NCBI GenBank assembly: GCA_004347965.1
Contig: QNVF01000002.1
Location: 18,895 to 82,894, forward strand
Origin: Candidatus Nezhaarchaeota archaeon WYZ-LMO8
GTDB taxonomy: Archaea > Thermoproteota > Methanomethylicia > Nezhaarchaeales > WYZ-LMO8
Length of the DNA stretch: 64,000 nt
Reading direction: 5' to 3'
Shown here: one piece after another, positions 38,703 through 48,430 of the stretch
Layout of the letters: each line of letters starts with the position of its first letter
Position numbering within the stretch: the stretch's first letter is position 1
Notes under the pieces: generated by a model
The model's database searches: none
Told to the model about the DNA's origin: nothing
Seen by the model: the letters and a program-made list of their open reading frames with translations, nothing else
Made by a program: the position numbers and the translations under genes

Positions 38703-40487
38703 ATGAAGGGAGCAAAGGCTGGACTACTAGCATCAGGCTGGCCAAGAACTACAGTAGTCTGCTTAGTGGGCTTAGCATCATCGATATTGTCAGCACTCAT
38801 TCTCACTCTTCTAAAGGGTTTTGTAGACATAGTTAAGGTTCTATTGCTTGGAATCGCTGGTATATGGCTTCCGTCTTTGTTCTTCTTCATGTTCCAATCC
38901 TTCATCATGGGTGGCGAGGTCATGAACTTCAAGAGAGGGTTAAATAGTCTCTCAGTCCTCATGATCTTCATGCTAATGACCACGCTTCTTGGCTTCATAG
39001 CTCACCTTATTGGTATTATAGTTCTAATCGAAGACCTCATATTTATTGGAATAGCCTTAATAGCATCACTCAATGCTTTAGTATATCGGTACATGACCGG
39101 CAAGAGCTTAGTGATAACTTGGGCCATCTCAATAATGTGGCCGGTAATCATTTCAATCACGATCTCGTTACTACTAGGTACTACATATGTAGAAATGAAT
39201 CATGCAAAGATGTTACTAGTCCTCATCTTCATGGTTTTGCCAACGATAGCTCTTTCTAGAAGCATAGACAAACTTAGTGAGAGCCTTGTTGGAATGAGCT
39301 CTAAGAAAGTCTTCAAAGCTTATGTAGCTAATTGGTTTACAGAAACTAAGGAAGATCTAGAGTCGTTCTTTAATCGCATAAGTACTACTTTTCAAGTCTC
39401 ATGCGACTTAGTAGCTTTACTTAACTCCAAAGGCACAATAGAGGGCATTATAGCAATACCTCAAGTACATCCAGGACCTCTCAGAGGCATTGGTAGCAGC
39501 TCCCTACCATCAGACCTGATCTCAACTATTAAGTCAACTTGTAACACGAAGTCCGTGGTGTTTCACGGCTTTACAACACATGCATCTGATATAACGTCGT
39601 CTAAAGACTATAGCAAGCTTTTGGAACTAATGAGGAAGGCAGTAACTCAGTTATCGTATCCGGCAATTAGCGGTCCTTCAAGCCACTTAGTAAGAGTTGA
39701 TGTTGAAGGTCTATCAATAGGCTGCCAGTTCATCAAAGGTCTCCCCATGATATTTGTATCAGGCAACGAGAGAGGGATTGACGATATCCCAGAAACTTTT
39801 GGAAAGAAGGTCGAGCAAGAGATTGAAGAAATCTACGGCATTAGGCCTATTCTAATAAATGCACACAATCAGTATGAAGAAGATGCGCACGTAGATCTCG
39901 AAGAACTGAGAAGGGGGATACTCAAAGCTGTAGAGCTTGCCTTTAAATCCTCATCCCACGAATCCATAAGGATTGGAGTTGGTGAAGCTGAAAATCTTAA
40001 CCTTAACGAATTTCAAGGCATAGGTCCTTCTGGCATAAGGGTGCTGATAACCGAGTTTAAAGGATCAAGGTACTGCTATGTGGTCATAGATGCAAACAAT
40101 GCTAATAAGGAGTTTAGAGACTCCATTGGATCAATCGTGAAATCAATGGGCTATAAAGACTGTGAGCTCTTCACAACGGATAGCCACATGGTAGTACATT
40201 TAAGGGGGGTCAAGTCAAGTAGAGGATATCACGTTCTTGGAGAGAAAGTTAATGTTAAAGAAATCTTAAATGCGTTGAGGACTGCCATTAGGGAGGCTGA
40301 AGAAAGTCTCTTCGAAGCTAATATACTACGTGGAAGAATAGAAACTGAAGCACGCGTGTTAGGGGACATTGCTTACAGAAACATAGAGAAGCTACTAACT
40401 CAGTCTGTTGATAAATTTAAAAAGCTGGGGTTAATGGGCTATGGTACAGCAATAGCGGCATCATTCTTGATATGCTGGTTACTTTAA
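38703..40487 (+). CDS. Large archaeal membrane protein with a C-terminal soluble domain (DUF2070-like)
   Basis: 594 aa. There are ~6-7 N-terminal TM helices, a soluble domain of ~350 aa, and a final TM helix. The family guess is by architecture. Confidence 0.45.
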   Translation: MKGAKAGLLASGWPRTTVVCLVGLASSILSALILTLLKGFVDIVKVLLLGIAGIWLPSLFFFMFQSFIMGGEVMNFKRGLNSLSVLMIFMLMTTLLGFIAHLIGIIVLIEDLIFIGIALIASLNALVYRYMTGKSLVITWAISIMWPVIISITISLLLGTTYVEMNHAKMLLVLIFMVLPTIALSRSIDKLSESLVGMSSKKVFKAYVANWFTETKEDLESFFNRISTTFQVSCDLVALLNSKGTIEGIIAIPQVHPGPLRGIGSSSLPSDLISTIKSTCNTKSVVFHGFTTHASDITSSKDYSKLLELMRKAVTQLSYPAISGPSSHLVRVDVEGLSIGCQFIKGLPMIFVSGNERGIDDIPETFGKKVEQEIEEIYGIRPILINAHNQYEEDAHVDLEELRRGILKAVELAFKSSSHESIRIGVGEAENLNLNEFQGIGPSGIRVLITEFKGSRYCYVVIDANNANKEFRDSIGSIVKSMGYKDCELFTTDSHMVVHLRGVKSSRGYHVLGEKVNVKEILNALRTAIREAEESLFEANILRGRIETEARVLGDIAYRNIEKLLTQSVDKFKKLGLMGYGTAIAASFLICWLL

Positions 40488-40643
40488 AATATCCTCAGTT
40501 TTATGAACAAAAAAACTTAGCTTTCCTCAAAGTTTAATGCATTTGGTCTCGAGATTGTCAGGTCTATGTCGAAGCATTTGAGAAATCTTTTTAAAGAAGC
40601 TCTCTTCCTAATTGGAAGTGTTACTTAGGATCAAGGTGATTAA

Positions 40644-41867
40644 ATGGAGTATAGAGAGATGTCTGTAAGCTATTACAACTTCCTTCCTGAAGTGAGGGTG
40701 TTAATGGAGCTTCCGGGAGACATAATTATCCACGACACAACTCTTAGAGAGGGAGAGCAGGCAGCAGGAGTCGTCTATAGACCTGAAGACAAACTTTACA
40801 TAGCTAAATTACTGGATGAGGTAGGAATTCAACAGATTGAGGCAGGCTTTCCAGCTGCTTCAAGAGGTGAGCGAGAAGCCTTAAAGATGATAGTCATGGA
40901 GGGTCTTAACGCAAAGATCTTTGGTTTTGCTCGAGCAGTCAAGTCAGATATTGATGCCGTTGCTGATGTGGGGGCCTATGGAGTAGTAATGTCCTTTCCT
41001 CCATCCGATATACAATTGAAGTACAAGCTCAAGATTAGCAGGGAAGAGTACTACGATAGGGCAATAGAACTTGTTGAGTACGCTAAGAGTCGAGGTCTCT
41101 ACATAACCTTTAGCGCCGAGGACTCTACAAGAGCAGACTTCAACTTTATGGTAAAAGTCTTCAACGGAATAATAGAGTCCGGTTGCGATAGAGTAAGGAT
41201 AGTTGATACGCTGGGTTGCATACATCCAACAGCCATGAAGTTCTTAATAAAGAGTATTAGAGGGTCTTTAAAGAAGAAGGTCCCTATCGAGGTTCACTGT
41301 CACAATGACCATGGTCTCGCAGTTGCAAACACTCTAGCTGCAGTTGAAGCTGGTGCCGAAGTGTTATCAACATCGATCTTAGGCTTAGGCGAGAGATGCG
41401 GCTTAGCCCCTACAGAGGAAGTGATAGTAGCTCTCAAAAACCTCTACGGTCTGGGAAGCTTCAAGACCGAGAAGTTGTACAAGCTCTGCAGAGAAGTTGA
41501 GAGGATAACTAAGTTAACTTTGCCACCTCATAAACCGGTTGTAGGTATCAATGCTTTTGCACATGCAAGTGGAATACATCAGCATGCGATACTAGAGAAC
41601 CCTATATGTTACGAGCCCTATCCACCTGAAATGGTTGGCCAGGCTAGAAGGATAGTTATAGGGAAGCTCTCTGGTAGACACGCCATAAAGGCTAAATTAG
41701 CAGAACTGGGCATAGAAGCTACGGACGAAGAGGTCTTGAAGATAACCGATCTAGTGAAGTCTGTAAGTGAGGAAAGAAAGTCTCCTTTAAGTGACGAGGA
41801 ATTCATGAATTTAGTGAGAGCAGTTAAAGAAAACTCAGTAAACCAGCTTACTTCAAGGTCTCCCTAA
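40644..41867 (+). CDS. 2-isopropylmalate / homocitrate / citramalate synthase family (DRE-TIM aldolase), short form
   Basis: The active-site segments are IIIHDTTLREGEQAAGV and HCHNDHGLAVANTLAAVEAGA. At 407 aa it lacks a full LeuA regulatory domain. Confidence 0.75.
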   Translation: MEYREMSVSYYNFLPEVRVLMELPGDIIIHDTTLREGEQAAGVVYRPEDKLYIAKLLDEVGIQQIEAGFPAASRGEREALKMIVMEGLNAKIFGFARAVKSDIDAVADVGAYGVVMSFPPSDIQLKYKLKISREEYYDRAIELVEYAKSRGLYITFSAEDSTRADFNFMVKVFNGIIESGCDRVRIVDTLGCIHPTAMKFLIKSIRGSLKKKVPIEVHCHNDHGLAVANTLAAVEAGAEVLSTSILGLGERCGLAPTEEVIVALKNLYGLGSFKTEKLYKLCREVERITKLTLPPHKPVVGINAFAHASGIHQHAILENPICYEPYPPEMVGQARRIVIGKLSGRHAIKAKLAELGIEATDEEVLKITDLVKSVSEERKSPLSDEEFMNLVRAVKENSVNQLTSRSP

Positions 41868-42967
41868 CCAATGCACATAATTGCTTCTTTAACGGCTTCA
41901 GTAAAGTCCTTTGTTGATGCCTTACCACCAAGATCAGGAGTTGATCTCTTTCCATCAGCAAGCACCATTGTTATGGCTCTCTCCAGGATTTCAGCCGCCT
42001 TAAGCTCTCCAAGCCACTCTAGCATCATTTTCGCTGAAAGCATTGTTGCACAAGGATTTGCGATACCTCTACCAGCTATATCCGGTGCTGCACCATGAAT
42101 TGGCTCAAAGATTGCGTATCTATCGCCTATATTAGCTCCTGGAGCTATTCCAAGACTACCGGTGACTGCTGCAGCCTCATCAGATAGTATGTCCCCAAAC
42201 ATATTTGTCGTGACAATTACGCTGAACCTCTCAGGCCTTATGACTATGTTATAAGCACAAGCGTCAACATACATCTCCTCATACGAAACCTCAGGATAGT
42301 TCTTTGCAACCTCCTTGCACACCTTAGCGAAGAGACCACATGTTAGGCTCGTCACATTTGACTTATGAACTATCGTAACAAGTTTTCTAGATCTTTTTAG
42401 TGCGATTTCGAAGGCCTTTTTAGCAATTCTCTCACAACACTTTCTCGTTATGACTCTAAGAGCTACCGCCGTATTGCCCTCATCAATCATGAACTCATAC
42501 CTTTTATAAAGATCTTCGGTGTTCTCTCTAACTATGATGAAATCTACGCCATCTCGTATACTTGGAACCCCTGGGTAAGACTTAAACGGCCTTATATTAG
42601 CGTAGAGATCGAGCATAATCCTCAATTTAACTATTACATCGGCTGCGCTTTCTCCAACAGGTCCCTTCAACGTGGCATGAGCCTTCATTATGGCTTCTAC
42701 AGTCTCCTCAGGTAGAGCGATGCCCCTCGACTTTATGCACTGGTCGCCAGCTTCAACAAAGTCGAATGAAAGGCTTAGTCCCTTAACAAAGTCCTGGAGC
42801 GTATGTAAAACTTCTATTGTAGCGTCAACGACTTCTGGTCCTATTCCGTCTCCTCTTATGACTGCTATTCTATACGAAGCCACATCATCACCTCGGCCGT
42901 GGCTAATGCGATTAGAGGTGTGGAGGATCGTAGAATATAAAGGTTCTGGAGAGCATGTGGTCTTCAA
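41864..42967 (-). CDS. 3-isopropylmalate / homoisocitrate / isocitrate dehydrogenase family
   Basis: The N-terminus reads RIAVIRGDGIGPEVVDATIEVL. The length is 367 aa. Confidence 0.8.
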   Translation of the reverse strand: MKTTCSPEPLYSTILHTSNRISHGRGDDVASYRIAVIRGDGIGPEVVDATIEVLHTLQDFVKGLSLSFDFVEAGDQCIKSRGIALPEETVEAIMKAHATLKGPVGESAADVIVKLRIMLDLYANIRPFKSYPGVPSIRDGVDFIIVRENTEDLYKRYEFMIDEGNTAVALRVITRKCCERIAKKAFEIALKRSRKLVTIVHKSNVTSLTCGLFAKVCKEVAKNYPEVSYEEMYVDACAYNIVIRPERFSVIVTTNMFGDILSDEAAAVTGSLGIAPGANIGDRYAIFEPIHGAAPDIAGRGIANPCATMLSAKMMLEWLGELKAAEILERAITMVLADGKRSTPDLGGKASTKDFTEAVKEAIMCIG

Positions 42968-43012
42968 GCTTTTCAGTTTATGCTACCTCTACAATGCTTA
43001 CCATTAGTCCTC

Positions 43013-43459
43013 CTATTGCAGAACAATTTTAGTGGCTATGCCCAATTTCCTAGCAAGCTCTAAGCCATCTCTAAGTATTTCTCGGTGGTCAAAAGCCAAC
43101 TTCTTTGGGATAACGAAAAACTCACCAACTTGGGTTTCCTTAGAGCTTCTAAGCTCTCCGCCTGCTTCAATCGTCAAGTAAGCTATTGATATCACGTGTC
43201 CTCTCGGATCTCGATCTGGCTTCGAGTACACGCCTATAAGACCTTTGATGTCAACGATGAGGCCTGTCTCCTCCTCAACCTCTCTCTTAACCGCCTCTTC
43301 AACTGTCTCTCCGTACTCAACGAATCCACCAGGCAAAGCCCAGTAGCCCTCATAAGGCGGCCTCCTTCTTCTAACAAGGACTATACTTCCGACACTTCTA
43401 ACAACAACACCATCTACAGTTACGAGCGGCCTCCTTCTAGCTTCAACGGAGCTAAGCAT
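43013..43459 (-). CDS. NUDIX hydrolase
   Basis: The Nudix box reads GGFVEYGETVEEAVKREVEEETGL. Confidence 0.8.
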   Translation of the reverse strand: MLSSVEARRRPLVTVDGVVVRSVGSIVLVRRRRPPYEGYWALPGGFVEYGETVEEAVKREVEEETGLIVDIKGLIGVYSKPDRDPRGHVISIAYLTIEAGGELRSSKETQVGEFFVIPKKLAFDHREILRDGLELARKLGIATKIVLQ

Positions 43460-43525
43460 GATCTACCCCATAACAGTTATAAACTGATCTAATGAATAAG
43501 GGGTAGGTACTCCTTAAGTACATTA

Positions 43526-44551
43526 GTGGTGACCTACTTGAGATACGTAAAGATGCTTAAAGAGAACTTCAAGGACTTCTTTGAGACCTTAAAGAAGTTA
43601 GGAGAAGTTCACGCCCCAGTTAGGAGGGGAAGACTCTTCTCGTTCACTAAGGTGGACTCACCGGGCGAAGTAGCTTTGAACTACAATAGGACAATGCTAC
43701 CTCCAAAGAAGTACTTCGTGAAACCATTTGAAGAAGTGCTCAAGATCAAGGTGGGCAAGGGCTACGAGCTCATAGTTGAGGAGCCTAAAAGCTTAGTTCT
43801 ATTAGGTTTGCACGCTTGCGATATAAATGCCCTAAGAGTATTGGACAGCGTATACCTTGACGAACCGCAAGACGATTACTATCAAGTTCGAAGAGCTGCT
43901 GCTATTGTGATAGGAGTTTCATGTGAACCTGACGAGTACTGTTTCTGTAAGTCTATGGGCACGGACTATGCATGGACCGGCTTTGACCTCTTCCTTCATG
44001 AGCTGGGCACCTCTTACTTAGTAAGAGTTGGTAGCTCTAGGGGTGAATCAATAATAGAATCTATGAGCAACATTATTGGCGAACCTACTAAGGAGGACTT
44101 TATTAAGCTTCGAGATCTTGAGCTTAAGAGGTCAAGGATGTTCAAGAAGATCCTCAACACATCCCTCTTACCCGACATAGTAGACTCTCTACATGAAAGC
44201 GAAGTATGGGTGGTCTTCTCCGATAAATGTGTAAGCTGTGGTAGTTGCAACTTGGTATGCCCAACCTGTCGATGTTACGATGTGACTGAGAAAGTCGAAT
44301 TAAACCTTCAAGAAGGTGTCAGGGTCAGACGATGGGATTCCTGCTTCATCAGAAGCCATGCTCTCGTAGCTGGAGGCCTTAACTTTAGGCCTACAAGGCT
44401 AGATAGATTCAGACACAGGTACAACTGTAAAAGCTCTATAGATCCTAGAACTAACCTCCCCTTCTGCGTAGGCTGTGGTAGATGTAGTGCTTTCTGTCCA
44501 GCTGGGATAGATCACGTTAATGTGTTAAATGCTATTTGGGGGTTAGCGTGA
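43526..44551 (+). CDS. hydB: Sulfhydrogenase beta subunit (AsrA-like Fe-S subunit)
   Basis: Two 4Fe-4S motifs are present, CVSCGSCNLVCPTCRC and CVGCGRCSAFCP. It is the first of a four-gene cluster that ends with the NiFe large subunit. Confidence 0.65.
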   Translation: MVTYLRYVKMLKENFKDFFETLKKLGEVHAPVRRGRLFSFTKVDSPGEVALNYNRTMLPPKKYFVKPFEEVLKIKVGKGYELIVEEPKSLVLLGLHACDINALRVLDSVYLDEPQDDYYQVRRAAAIVIGVSCEPDEYCFCKSMGTDYAWTGFDLFLHELGTSYLVRVGSSRGESIIESMSNIIGEPTKEDFIKLRDLELKRSRMFKKILNTSLLPDIVDSLHESEVWVVFSDKCVSCGSCNLVCPTCRCYDVTEKVELNLQEGVRVRRWDSCFIRSHALVAGGLNFRPTRLDRFRHRYNCKSSIDPRTNLPFCVGCGRCSAFCPAGIDHVNVLNAIWGLA

Positions 44552-45432
44552 TGAGTAGCGCATATCTCCCTAAGCTGGCCAAGATCGTTGAAGTAACTGA
44601 AATGACCGCAATTGAGAAGCTCTTCAAACTTCAATTCGTTAACGAAGAAGATGCTAAATCCTTCACCTTCAAGCCAGGCCAGTTTGTTGAGGTGAACGTT
44701 CCCGGTGTTGGTGAATCACCAATATCAATATGTAAGTCTCCTACTAGGCCTGGGCCTCTAGAGCTATTGATTAGAAGGATTGGAAGAGTTACGAACGCCA
44801 TTCATAAGCTAAAGCCAGGAGATGTAGTTGGTATACGAGGCCCATTTGGCAATGGCTTTCCCATGGAAAAAATGAAGGGCTACGATGTACTGTTGATAGC
44901 TGGAGGCTTAGGGATAGCACCTTTAATGTCGGTCTTGCAGTATGTTATTGATAGACGAGAAGATTACGGTGAAGTCACCTTGCTCTACGGTGTAAGAAGC
45001 TATCAAGAAGCTCTGTTTAGAGACATGGCTATCGACCTCATAAAGCACCCTGAGAAAGCATGTCTCAGAACGTTCCTCTCTTACGAGCGGGATGATCCAG
45101 TTTTCGTAAGCTTAATGAGAGATCATCCCGAAAACGTTAGGAAAGGAGTTGTAACAGTCTTGTTTGAGTGCGCAGATCCCTACATAAAGCCGGATAAGGT
45201 ATGCGCTGTTGTTTGCGGTCCACCAATAATGTACAGGTTCGTCTTAAAAGAGCTCGCAAAGAGAAACATACCACCCAATAACATCTACATCACTTTAGAG
45301 AGGAGGATGAAGTGCGGTATAGGGAAATGTGGTCACTGCATTGTAGGTGGAGCAACAGCTATTAGGTACATATGCAAAGATGGTCCTGTCTTCACTTACT
45401 CTGATGTTCTGTCAGTTAGGGGGCTTGTGTAA
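44536..45432 (+). CDS. hydG: Sulfhydrogenase gamma subunit (FAD/NAD(P)-binding, 2Fe-2S; AsrB-like)
   Basis: It has the ferredoxin-reductase-type fold (FKPGQFVEVNVPGVGESPISI, LIAGGLGIAP) and a C-terminal 2Fe-2S site CGIGKCGHC. Confidence 0.65.
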   Translation: MGVSVMSSAYLPKLAKIVEVTEMTAIEKLFKLQFVNEEDAKSFTFKPGQFVEVNVPGVGESPISICKSPTRPGPLELLIRRIGRVTNAIHKLKPGDVVGIRGPFGNGFPMEKMKGYDVLLIAGGLGIAPLMSVLQYVIDRREDYGEVTLLYGVRSYQEALFRDMAIDLIKHPEKACLRTFLSYERDDPVFVSLMRDHPENVRKGVVTVLFECADPYIKPDKVCAVVCGPPIMYRFVLKELAKRNIPPNNIYITLERRMKCGIGKCGHCIVGGATAIRYICKDGPVFTYSDVLSVRGLV

Positions 45433-46205
45433 TGACTGGTAATAAGATAAAGGTTGGCTTCTACTCTCTAACTGGCTGTGCAGGCGACTTCCTAAACATC
45501 CTAAACATGGAGGATAAGTTGCTCGAAGTTTTCAAACTGCTGGACGTTGTAGAGTTTGCGCTTGCAAGTAGTAAGGTAGTCCATGAGAAAGTCGATGTGG
45601 CCTTCATCGAAGGCTCTGTAACGACTCAAAAGGACTTAGAAGTTCTGAAGAAAATAAGAGAAAACTGTAACGTACTCGTAGCTTTAGGTAATTGTGCTGT
45701 GTGGGGTGGAGTTCAAGCAGAGCTAACAGGTTTAGATGCTAAAGACCTCATGAAGTCCGTGTACAACACAACTGAGAACTACTATAGCTTTCTAGGAGAG
45801 CACAAAGCTGTATCTGAAGTGGTCAAAGTAGACTATGAGCTTCCAGGCTGCCCAATAGAGGTAGAAGAGTTCCTTGAGCTCCTCATAGATGTAATCAGAG
45901 GGGTGATTCCAGAGTTCAAGGACTATCCGGTCTGCGTAGAGTGTAAGATAAGGGAAATTCCATGCTTAATAGTCGAGAGGGGAGAAGCATGTCTAGGACC
46001 GATAACCGTTGGCGGTTGCAAAGCTCGATGCCCCTACTACAATGCTCCATGTATCGGATGCAGAGGCCCAGTAAAGGAGGAGGCCAATGTTGCTGGTGAG
46101 CTCTCAATGTTGTTAGAGAAGGGGTGGAAGAAACAAGAGGTAATTAACAGGTTAAGACTCTTTGCAGCCAGGTATAAAGACATAGCTAAGCTCTTGGAGA
46201 GGTGA
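45432..46205 (+). CDS. hydD: NiFe hydrogenase small (delta) subunit
   Basis: The N-terminus LTGCAGDF and a C-terminal Cys cluster (CVECK...C...CKARCPYYNAPCIGC) fit a small subunit. It is directly upstream of the large subunit gene. Confidence 0.65.
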   Translation: MTGNKIKVGFYSLTGCAGDFLNILNMEDKLLEVFKLLDVVEFALASSKVVHEKVDVAFIEGSVTTQKDLEVLKKIRENCNVLVALGNCAVWGGVQAELTGLDAKDLMKSVYNTTENYYSFLGEHKAVSEVVKVDYELPGCPIEVEEFLELLIDVIRGVIPEFKDYPVCVECKIREIPCLIVERGEACLGPITVGGCKARCPYYNAPCIGCRGPVKEEANVAGELSMLLEKGWKKQEVINRLRLFAARYKDIAKLLER

Positions 46206-46211
46206 GCTCAG

Positions 46212-47504
46212 ATGGTTAGAGAGATTGTAGTCGAGCACGTAGCTAGAATTGAAGGCCACGGAGCCATAAAGGTCCTAGTAGATGGAGACAAAGTGAAAGA
46301 AGTTAAGTTCGAGGTTTTTGAGGGGCCTCGCTTCATAGAGAGAATCCTCGTTGGAAGGACCTACTATGAAGTGCCTGACATAGTTGCGAGGATATGCTCG
46401 ATATGCCCAGATCCACACCAAGTGGCTGCGGTTAGAGCCTTAGAGAAAGCCCTCGGAGTAGCTGTTGACTGGCAGATAGAGATGCTTCGAGAACTTCAAC
46501 TGCTAGCTGACGTCATATCAAGTCACGCGCTACACCTGTATTTACTGGCTCTTCCAGACTATCTAGGATACCCAGATGCTCTTAGCATGGTTGACAAATA
46601 TGGAAGAGAAGTTAAGTTAGGCTTGCAATTAAAGAGAGCCGGCAATACTTTAAAGGAGCTATTAACGGGCAGATCTATTCATGGTTGTACTGTTAAGCCT
46701 GGAGGTTACACGAAGGTGCCATCGCCTTCAGAACTTGAGAAGTTAGCTGACATGTTAAGGCAATCGATGGAGGGCGCAGTCTTAGCAGTCAAGTTGTTCA
46801 GCTCCTTAAAGTGTCCAGACTTTGCAAGGGATGAGAACATGTTCATGGCCGTCGATCCAGGAAGCGTTTACGGTTTCTCTGGCAATCATATCTTAGTATC
46901 AACTGGAGAAAGGTACCCTGTTGAGGACTACAAGAAGCTGACAAATGAGGTTACAGTTCCTCACTCAACCGCTAAGCACTCATACTACAACGGCAAATCG
47001 TTCATGGTTGGAGCTCTTGCGAGGATAGCTTTGAACGGAAAGAAGCTTAAAGGTCAAGCAGTTGACATGCTAAGGGAGTTAGAGCCAAAACTCGACTTAG
47101 CTAATCCCCTTACCAATAATTTAGCTCAAGCTATAGAAGCTGTTTACGCTGTTGAGAGAGCTATAGAAGTTATAGATGAATTGTTAGACAAAGGGTTAAA
47201 GCAAGAAGTGATGATCGAGATTAAGCCTAAAAAGGGTATAGGTGTAAGTGCTGTTGAGGCGCCTAGAGGGATCCTATATCACTGTTATGAGCTTGACGAT
47301 GAAGGGAGGGTGGTGAAAGCGGACATCATAACACCAACCGCACAAAACGTTGCTAACATAGAGAAGTACATTAAGATCACAGCTGAAAGGCTTCTACTAA
47401 AAGGCGAGGAGAAGTTGGAGCTACCATTAGAGCTTGTCGTTAGAGCCTACGATCCTTGCATATCGTGCTCAGCCCATTTAGTCAAGGTCGTAAAGCTACG
47501 CTAA
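46212..47504 (+). CDS. hydA: NiFe hydrogenase large (alpha) subunit
   Basis: RIEGHGAI is the L1 motif, RICSICP is the N-terminal Ni ligand pair, and DPCISCSAH is the C-terminal Ni ligand pair. Confidence 0.8.
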   Translation: MVREIVVEHVARIEGHGAIKVLVDGDKVKEVKFEVFEGPRFIERILVGRTYYEVPDIVARICSICPDPHQVAAVRALEKALGVAVDWQIEMLRELQLLADVISSHALHLYLLALPDYLGYPDALSMVDKYGREVKLGLQLKRAGNTLKELLTGRSIHGCTVKPGGYTKVPSPSELEKLADMLRQSMEGAVLAVKLFSSLKCPDFARDENMFMAVDPGSVYGFSGNHILVSTGERYPVEDYKKLTNEVTVPHSTAKHSYYNGKSFMVGALARIALNGKKLKGQAVDMLRELEPKLDLANPLTNNLAQAIEAVYAVERAIEVIDELLDKGLKQEVMIEIKPKKGIGVSAVEAPRGILYHCYELDDEGRVVKADIITPTAQNVANIEKYIKITAERLLLKGEEKLELPLELVVRAYDPCISCSAHLVKVVKLR

Positions 47505-47550
47505 ATCCATTTAAACCCTAATTTTCACTTCATCTCGGAGATCTTAGTGA

Positions 47551-48000
47551 ATGAAGTATCTCATAGCTTGTTTGGGAAGTCCTTTAATGGGCGATGACAG
47601 TATAGGCTTAGCGGTAGCTCATGAGCTAGCTAAGCGAGGATACGAAGTTGTTGCATGTGGCTCAGACCTATCACCAGTACTAACTAGGATGGAGGACATA
47701 GACCTACTAATAGTTGTAGATGCAATTGACTTGGGAGCAAAGCCAGGATCAGTCTTCGTACTTAAGCTAGAGGAAGTAAATGAGGTACCTGCTCGAACCT
47801 CTCATACTATAGGGGTAATAAGCATGCTTAAGATCATGATGAAAGTCTTCCAAAAACCTATGGACACATACTTAGTTGGTGTTCAACCTGAGCGAGTGAA
47901 ACATTCAACTGAGCTTACACCAAAGGTTAGGTTAGCTATCAATGAGGTAGTGGTAAAGGTTGAGGAGCTTATTAAGGAATTCCAAGAAAATAAGAGCTAA
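47551..48000 (+). CDS. hycI: Hydrogenase maturation endopeptidase (HycI/HybD family)
   Basis: MKYLIACLGSPLMGDDSIGLAVAHEL and VVDAID carry the conserved Asp/His residues of the family. It follows the large subunit gene. Confidence 0.75.
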   Translation: MKYLIACLGSPLMGDDSIGLAVAHELAKRGYEVVACGSDLSPVLTRMEDIDLLIVVDAIDLGAKPGSVFVLKLEEVNEVPARTSHTIGVISMLKIMMKVFQKPMDTYLVGVQPERVKHSTELTPKVRLAINEVVVKVEELIKEFQENKS

Positions 48001-48075
48001 CGTTTAAAGCAAATGCAACTAAAATGTTGAAATTAGTACTTAAAGGATCACGTCATACCCAAGGTTGAAGTACGT

Positions 48076-48414
48076 ATGGCTGATGAGATAGAGTTTGTTG
48101 TTGTAGGTAGAGTGACGGATAACGTAAAGAACTTACTCTTTGAGAACTTCAATAACATTAAGTCTAAGGGTTTTAGGAGAGTAAACCTCAGGTTCTTCAC
48201 TGATGAGGCTCCTTTAAGATGCCTCGAAGAAGTAAGAGACTTGCTTCTCTCAAACATGGTGGTTTCAATTAAACTATACGAGCATGGATTACACAAGCTA
48301 TCTAATGTGCTTAATCAATTAGCTAAGCAAGGGAAGAAGATTGTTATATTATCTGATGAAGCTCTTACACCTAAGATCAAAGATTTGTTAAAGGATTTAG
48401 TAGATAAAGAGTAG
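48076..48414 (+). CDS. Hypothetical small protein (112 aa)
   Basis: A codon-plausible ORF between hycI and the radical SAM gene. No motif is recognised. Confidence 0.3.
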   Translation: MADEIEFVVVGRVTDNVKNLLFENFNNIKSKGFRRVNLRFFTDEAPLRCLEEVRDLLLSNMVVSIKLYEHGLHKLSNVLNQLAKQGKKIVILSDEALTPKIKDLLKDLVDKE

Positions 48415-48430
48415 TAGTGGGGGTTTCTTC

